Below are positions 59,596 through 64,000 of a DNA stretch of 64,000 nt, piece by piece (positions within the stretch are counted from its first letter, which is position 1; each line of letters begins with the position of its first letter). Origin of the DNA: Spirochaetia bacterium (GTDB taxonomy: Bacteria > Spirochaetota > Spirochaetia > SZUA-6 > Bin103); contig CBDATQ010000002.1 in the NCBI GenBank assembly GCA_965199955.1, forward strand, positions 1,440,001 to 1,504,000. The letters run 5' to 3'. The notes beneath the pieces were generated by a model that did no database searches, had not been told where the DNA came from, and saw only the letters and a program-made list of their open reading frames with translations. Made by a program: the position numbers and the translations under genes.

Positions 59596-61298
59596 AGGAC
59601 GTCACGATCAACCTCGATCACATCCCGTTCAGCCGCTACGGCGCCTACGTCTCGGTCAACCGCGACAGGGAGAAAGGGCTGTTTGTCATCCACAACGTCG
59701 AGCGGCGCTTCGGCGAGGACGAGGCGTTCACGTTGCAGTTCACCCGCGGGGGGAACAGCGTCGACTACACCTACGAGATGCGCCCCGACCGGATCACCGT
59801 GACCGGCGGCGCAGGGAGCGCCACCATCTTCGTCAGGGGCGACCACACGCTGGCATTCGAGGCGCACGGCCTGGACCTTGAGTTCCGGGCGATCACCGGC
59901 CACGGCTACGGCACCGAATACGGGCCGGACGACTTCTGCGTCATCTCCGTGAACCAGCGCACGACGTCGCGGTTCCACGTGTTCCGGGGCGCAGGCGTCC
60001 TGAGCGGGCCGATCCGGCGGTTCCAGAGCAACGAGAACCTGGACTGGAAACGGGACCTGACCGTGCGGGCGGACGGAGGCGCGGCCGCCGTCACTCTCAC
60101 GATCATGAACGTGGAGCGCACGCTGCGGCACGAGCCGTTCGACGTGAAGGGGGAGACCGCGGCCGTTCGGGCGGAGTGGGAGCGGTTTCTCGCCAGGATG
60201 CCGCCGGCGCCCGAGGGCCGCTACGACTTCGCCGTTGCGACGTGGTACACGCTCTGGTCCTGCTTCGTGCGGGCGCGGGACCACTACCGGTACGACGCGA
60301 TGCTCATGTCCAAGAAGTTCATGAGCTCCGTGTGGACGTGGGACCACTGCTTCAACGCGCTGGCGATGATGAAGGTGAGCCGCCGGACGGCGCTGGAGCA
60401 GTTCCTGCTTCCCTTCGAGCTGCAGGCGGAGTGCGGGACCCTGTTCGACATGACCAACCCGAACCAGGAGGTGATCTGGGCGGTGACCAAGCCGCCCATC
60501 CACGGCTGGTGCTTTGCCCGCATGATGGACGCCTTCGACTTCGAGCCCGCGGTCCTGGAGAAGGTGCTCGGCCACCTGGCCGCGTGGACGAGCTGGTGGA
60601 TGGACTACCGGGACTCCGACGGCGACGGCGTCCCCGAGTACCCGCAGGGGTGCGACAGCGGCTGGGACAACTCGACGCTGTTCGACGACGGCTTCTTCCT
60701 GGAGTCGCCGGACCTGTCGGCGTTCCTGGTGCTGCAGATGCACACCTGCGCCCGGATCGCTGAGCTGCTCGGAAAGACGGAGGAAGCGGACAGGTGGCGG
60801 CGCTCGGCACAGGAACTCCTGGAGAGGCTCTACGACCACAGTTGGGTGGGCGGCCGATTCGTCGCCCGGCGGTCGGGGAGCCACTCATACGACCCCGAAC
60901 CCACCTCGCTGCTGGCGCTGATGCCGATCTCACTCGGGGAACATCTGGACCCGGACAGGATGACGGCGCTGGCGGGCACTCTGGAGGAGCGGTTCCTGAC
61001 CGAGCACGGCCCCGCCACGGAGGCGCCGGACAGCTCGCGCTACGAGAGCGACGGCTACTGGCGCGGCCCGATCTGGGCGCCGAGCACGTACCTGATCGTG
61101 GACGGCCTCCGGCGCGGGGGCCGCGATGAACTGGCGCGGCGGATCGCCGCGTCGTTCTGCCGGATGGCCGAGCACAAGGCGATGGGCCAGTACGAGAACT
61201 TCGACGCGCTGACCGGGGTGGGACTGCGCGCTCCCGGCTACACCTGGACGGCCAGCGTCTTCATGCTCCTGACGTGGGAGTACTTGCAGGACGGGTGA
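59592..61298 (+). CDS. GH63/MGH1-like (alpha/alpha)6 glycoside hydrolase
   Basis: VWTWDHCFNA, KPPIHGW, GCDSGWDNS, YWRGPIWAP, ENFDALTG and YTWTASVF. Confidence 0.85.
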   Translation: MKDVTINLDHIPFSRYGAYVSVNRDREKGLFVIHNVERRFGEDEAFTLQFTRGGNSVDYTYEMRPDRITVTGGAGSATIFVRGDHTLAFEAHGLDLEFRAITGHGYGTEYGPDDFCVISVNQRTTSRFHVFRGAGVLSGPIRRFQSNENLDWKRDLTVRADGGAAAVTLTIMNVERTLRHEPFDVKGETAAVRAEWERFLARMPPAPEGRYDFAVATWYTLWSCFVRARDHYRYDAMLMSKKFMSSVWTWDHCFNALAMMKVSRRTALEQFLLPFELQAECGTLFDMTNPNQEVIWAVTKPPIHGWCFARMMDAFDFEPAVLEKVLGHLAAWTSWWMDYRDSDGDGVPEYPQGCDSGWDNSTLFDDGFFLESPDLSAFLVLQMHTCARIAELLGKTEEADRWRRSAQELLERLYDHSWVGGRFVARRSGSHSYDPEPTSLLALMPISLGEHLDPDRMTALAGTLEERFLTEHGPATEAPDSSRYESDGYWRGPIWAPSTYLIVDGLRRGGRDELARRIAASFCRMAEHKAMGQYENFDALTGVGLRAPGYTWTASVFMLLTWEYLQDG

Positions 61299-61305
61299 GT
61301 CCCTC

Positions 61306-64000
61306 TTGACGGGCACGGCCGCGCGGCGCGTTCTGGCGCTCATGCTGCTGGCGGCGTGCCTGCCCGCCGGCGCCGAATCGTACCGTGAATACCTCCGTCG
61401 GCACGGGGAGTGGCCGGAGGTGCGGCTCGACCGGCCGATCGTCGTGCGGGGTGTGGACTTCTCGGCCGCCGACGGCGAGCCGCGCACCGGGCAGATCGGC
61501 GGGGTGGCGGCGCTGCTCACCGCCGAGCGGGGATCGGTGAGCTGGACCGTTACCGTGCCGCGGTCCGCGCTCTATCGGATCCAGGTCACCTACCACGCGC
61601 TGCCCGGCAGGCGCATGCCCGCCGTGCGGGAGATCGCGATCGGCGGCCAGGTGCCGTTCGAGGAGGCGCGACGCTTGAGCTTCCCGCGCACCTGGGACGA
61701 CAGCGGCGGGGTGCGGGCCGACGTCCGCGGAAACCAGATCCGGCCCCGGATCGAGGAGCGGCCGCGCTGGACGACGGCCTATCTCCGCGACCGCGACGCC
61801 CACCACGCCGAACCGTTCGCCTTCTTCCTGCGGCGCGGGGTCAACACGATCACTCTTTCCGGGATCGCCGAGCCGATGGCGATCGCGGCGCTCTCGGCGA
61901 CGCAGCTCGATCGAGCGCCGTCCTACGCCGAGTACCGGGCCGCGGCCCCTGCCGCCCGGGAGGTGTCCGGCTTCCTGCTCAAGGTCCAGGGCGAGGATGC
62001 GGGGCCGCGCTCGTCGAAGACTCTCTTCGCCGTGCACGACAAGGGCGATGCATCGATCGAGCCCTATCACCCGCACCAGGTGCGGATGAACTCGATCGGC
62101 GGCTACCGCTGGGCGAAGCCCGGGGACTGGATCGAGTGGACCTTCGCGGTTCCCGCGAACGGACGCTACAAGATCGCGGTCAAGGCCAAGCAGGACATCA
62201 ACCGCGGCGCCCGCTCCTGGCGGCGGATCTCCATCGACGGGCGCGTCCCGTTCCGGGAGGTCGACGCCGTGGCGTTTCCCTATTCCTCGACCTACCGGGT
62301 GATGCCCCTGGGCGGTGACGAGCCCTACCTGTTCCACCTGGAGGCCGGCGAGCACACGATCCGCATGGAGGCGGTGCTGGGCGGGTTCGCTCAGGCGGTG
62401 GCCGAGGTGGATGGGATCGTGGCGGATCTGCTCGCCTTCTACCGGGACGTGATCATGATCACGTCGTCCAATCCCGACCCGTTCCGGAGCTACCAGCTCC
62501 AGCAGCGGATCCCGCGCGAGATCGGCGAGCTGTCCGCGCTCCGTGAGCGGCTGGTGTCCGCGGCCGGACGGGTCGAGGGCATGGCCGGCTCAGGCGGCGT
62601 GTCATCGAGCGTGCAGGAGCTGGCCGTCCTGCTCGACCGGATGGCGCAGCGCCCGGAGGTCATCCCGTTCGTCCTGGGCGAGCTGCAGAACGCCATCACG
62701 GCGCTCAGCGTGTGGGCGGCCCGCAACCGTGAGCAGCCGCTGCAGGTCGACTACCTGGTGGTCGCCTCGCCTGACCGGGAGTTCCCTGATACGCGCTTCA
62801 GCGTGCTCGTGCGGTGGTTCAGGAAGCTGCAGGCGTTCGTGGCGTCGTTCTCGCCGAACTACCACCAGGCATTCTCGCTTGCAGGCGGCGAGTCCACGAC
62901 GGGAGCCGGCGTGGCCCCGGTCACCGTGTGGATGGGCACGGGCCGCGACCAGAGCCAGATCCTCCGGCAGATCATCGACGATCTCTTCACGCCCGCGACC
63001 GGCATCCCGGTCGAGCTGGAGCTGGTGCGGAGCATCCAGTCCATCCTCATCCCGGCCAACCTGGCAGGCACGGCCCCGGACGCCGTGATCGGCCACGCCA
63101 ACATGGAGCTGGCCTTCCGCGGCATGTTCGCGGACTTGTCCGCGATGGAAGGCTACGCGCAGGTGGCGGACCGCTTCGCTCCCGGCGCGCTCGCGCCGTT
63201 CAGCCATCGCGGCGGCGTCTACGCCCTCCCGGAGACGATGAGCTTCCCGGTGCTGTTCTACCGCACGGACATCCTGGACTCGCTGGGGATCGGGATCCCC
63301 GCGACCTGGGACGAGGTGCGGGCGCTGCTGCCGACGCTGCGGGCCCACCACCTGGACTTCGGGCTCGGCATGGACCCGGGCTCGCTGCTGACGATGGTGA
63401 ACCAGCGCGGGGTGCCGGTGATGAAGGAGGACAGCGTCGAGACCAACCTCGACTCGGAGACCGTGATCGTCACGGTCGAAGAGTTCACGGACCTGTTCAT
63501 CCGGTACGACGTGCCGTATGCCTACAACTTCTTCAACCGGTTCCGGTTCGGCGAGATGCCGCTGGCCATCCAGCCGTTCAGCTTCTACAACACGCTCGTC
63601 GTCTTCGCGCCGGAGCTCGGCGGTCGGTGGGGGATGGCGATGGTTCCCGGCACGCGCACGGCTGACGGGACCGTCAACCGGACCGTGACCGTCCTGCCGA
63701 GCATCATTCCGGAGCCGGTCGCCGGGCCGGGAGCGGTGCAGAACACCTGGGACGTGTCGACGCTCACGGCGGTCGGCGTCACCGGATCGTCCATCGTGCG
63801 CGGCTCGGCGAACCCGGGCGGCGCCTGGGAGTTCCTGAAGTGGTGGTCGGGTCGCGAGGCGCAGGTGCTGTACGGCACCGAGCTGGAGTCGCTGCTGGGG
63901 GAGGCGGCGCGCTACGCGCCGGCCAACCTGCAGGCCCTGGCGGAGATCCCGTGGAGCCCGGCCGAGCGGCGCGTGCTGTTCGAGCAGGCCGACTGGGTCG
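61306..64000 (+). CDS. Giant (about 900 aa or more) solute-binding protein with N-terminal CBM-like domains (3' end outside window)
   Basis: Open frame from TTG 61306 to the edge. VPRSALYRIQVTY, WIEWTFAVPANGRYKI, YLFHLEAGEHTIRME, then an SBP domain VWMGTGRDQ, YALPETMSFPVLFYRTDIL and AWEFLKWW. Confidence 0.85.
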   Translation, partial: MTGTAARRVLALMLLAACLPAGAESYREYLRRHGEWPEVRLDRPIVVRGVDFSAADGEPRTGQIGGVAALLTAERGSVSWTVTVPRSALYRIQVTYHALPGRRMPAVREIAIGGQVPFEEARRLSFPRTWDDSGGVRADVRGNQIRPRIEERPRWTTAYLRDRDAHHAEPFAFFLRRGVNTITLSGIAEPMAIAALSATQLDRAPSYAEYRAAAPAAREVSGFLLKVQGEDAGPRSSKTLFAVHDKGDASIEPYHPHQVRMNSIGGYRWAKPGDWIEWTFAVPANGRYKIAVKAKQDINRGARSWRRISIDGRVPFREVDAVAFPYSSTYRVMPLGGDEPYLFHLEAGEHTIRMEAVLGGFAQAVAEVDGIVADLLAFYRDVIMITSSNPDPFRSYQLQQRIPREIGELSALRERLVSAAGRVEGMAGSGGVSSSVQELAVLLDRMAQRPEVIPFVLGELQNAITALSVWAARNREQPLQVDYLVVASPDREFPDTRFSVLVRWFRKLQAFVASFSPNYHQAFSLAGGESTTGAGVAPVTVWMGTGRDQSQILRQIIDDLFTPATGIPVELELVRSIQSILIPANLAGTAPDAVIGHANMELAFRGMFADLSAMEGYAQVADRFAPGALAPFSHRGGVYALPETMSFPVLFYRTDILDSLGIGIPATWDEVRALLPTLRAHHLDFGLGMDPGSLLTMVNQRGVPVMKEDSVETNLDSETVIVTVEEFTDLFIRYDVPYAYNFFNRFRFGEMPLAIQPFSFYNTLVVFAPELGGRWGMAMVPGTRTADGTVNRTVTVLPSIIPEPVAGPGAVQNTWDVSTLTAVGVTGSSIVRGSANPGGAWEFLKWWSGREAQVLYGTELESLLGEAARYAPANLQALAEIPWSPAERRVLFEQADWV

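Overview
High-GC (roughly 65-70%, by eye) bacterial accessory region. The gene repertoire and the 'AASQTE'-type binding-protein signal peptide resemble sponge-associated Spirochaetota, but that is inference only. Contents: (i) two carbohydrate ABC-uptake loci. One is at the left edge. The other, at 49.8-64 kb, also encodes an NHL-TPR-YIP1 membrane protein, a DUF5696-type protein, two glycosidases and a giant CBM-bearing solute-binding protein. (ii) Many catabolic enzymes: sulfatases, PhyH dioxygenases, Gfo/Idh/MocA oxidoreductases, uncharacterised beta-propeller and TIM-barrel glycosidase-like proteins, a DgaE/SelA-like PLP enzyme, MenC/NAAAR, a PAL-like lyase, an AAC(3)-like acetyltransferase and D-cysteine desulfhydrase. 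(iii) A lower-GC defence patch: a type II R-M pair whose methyltransferase is truncated by an IS1634 element, plus a standalone Mrr. (iv) One intact MazEF-type toxin-antitoxin (TA) pair and several decayed TA modules. (v) An unusually dense set of gene remnants, many of which keep two separated parts of a gene but lack the middle. No rRNA, tRNA or CRISPR array was seen. Family assignments come from motif recognition, not database searches.
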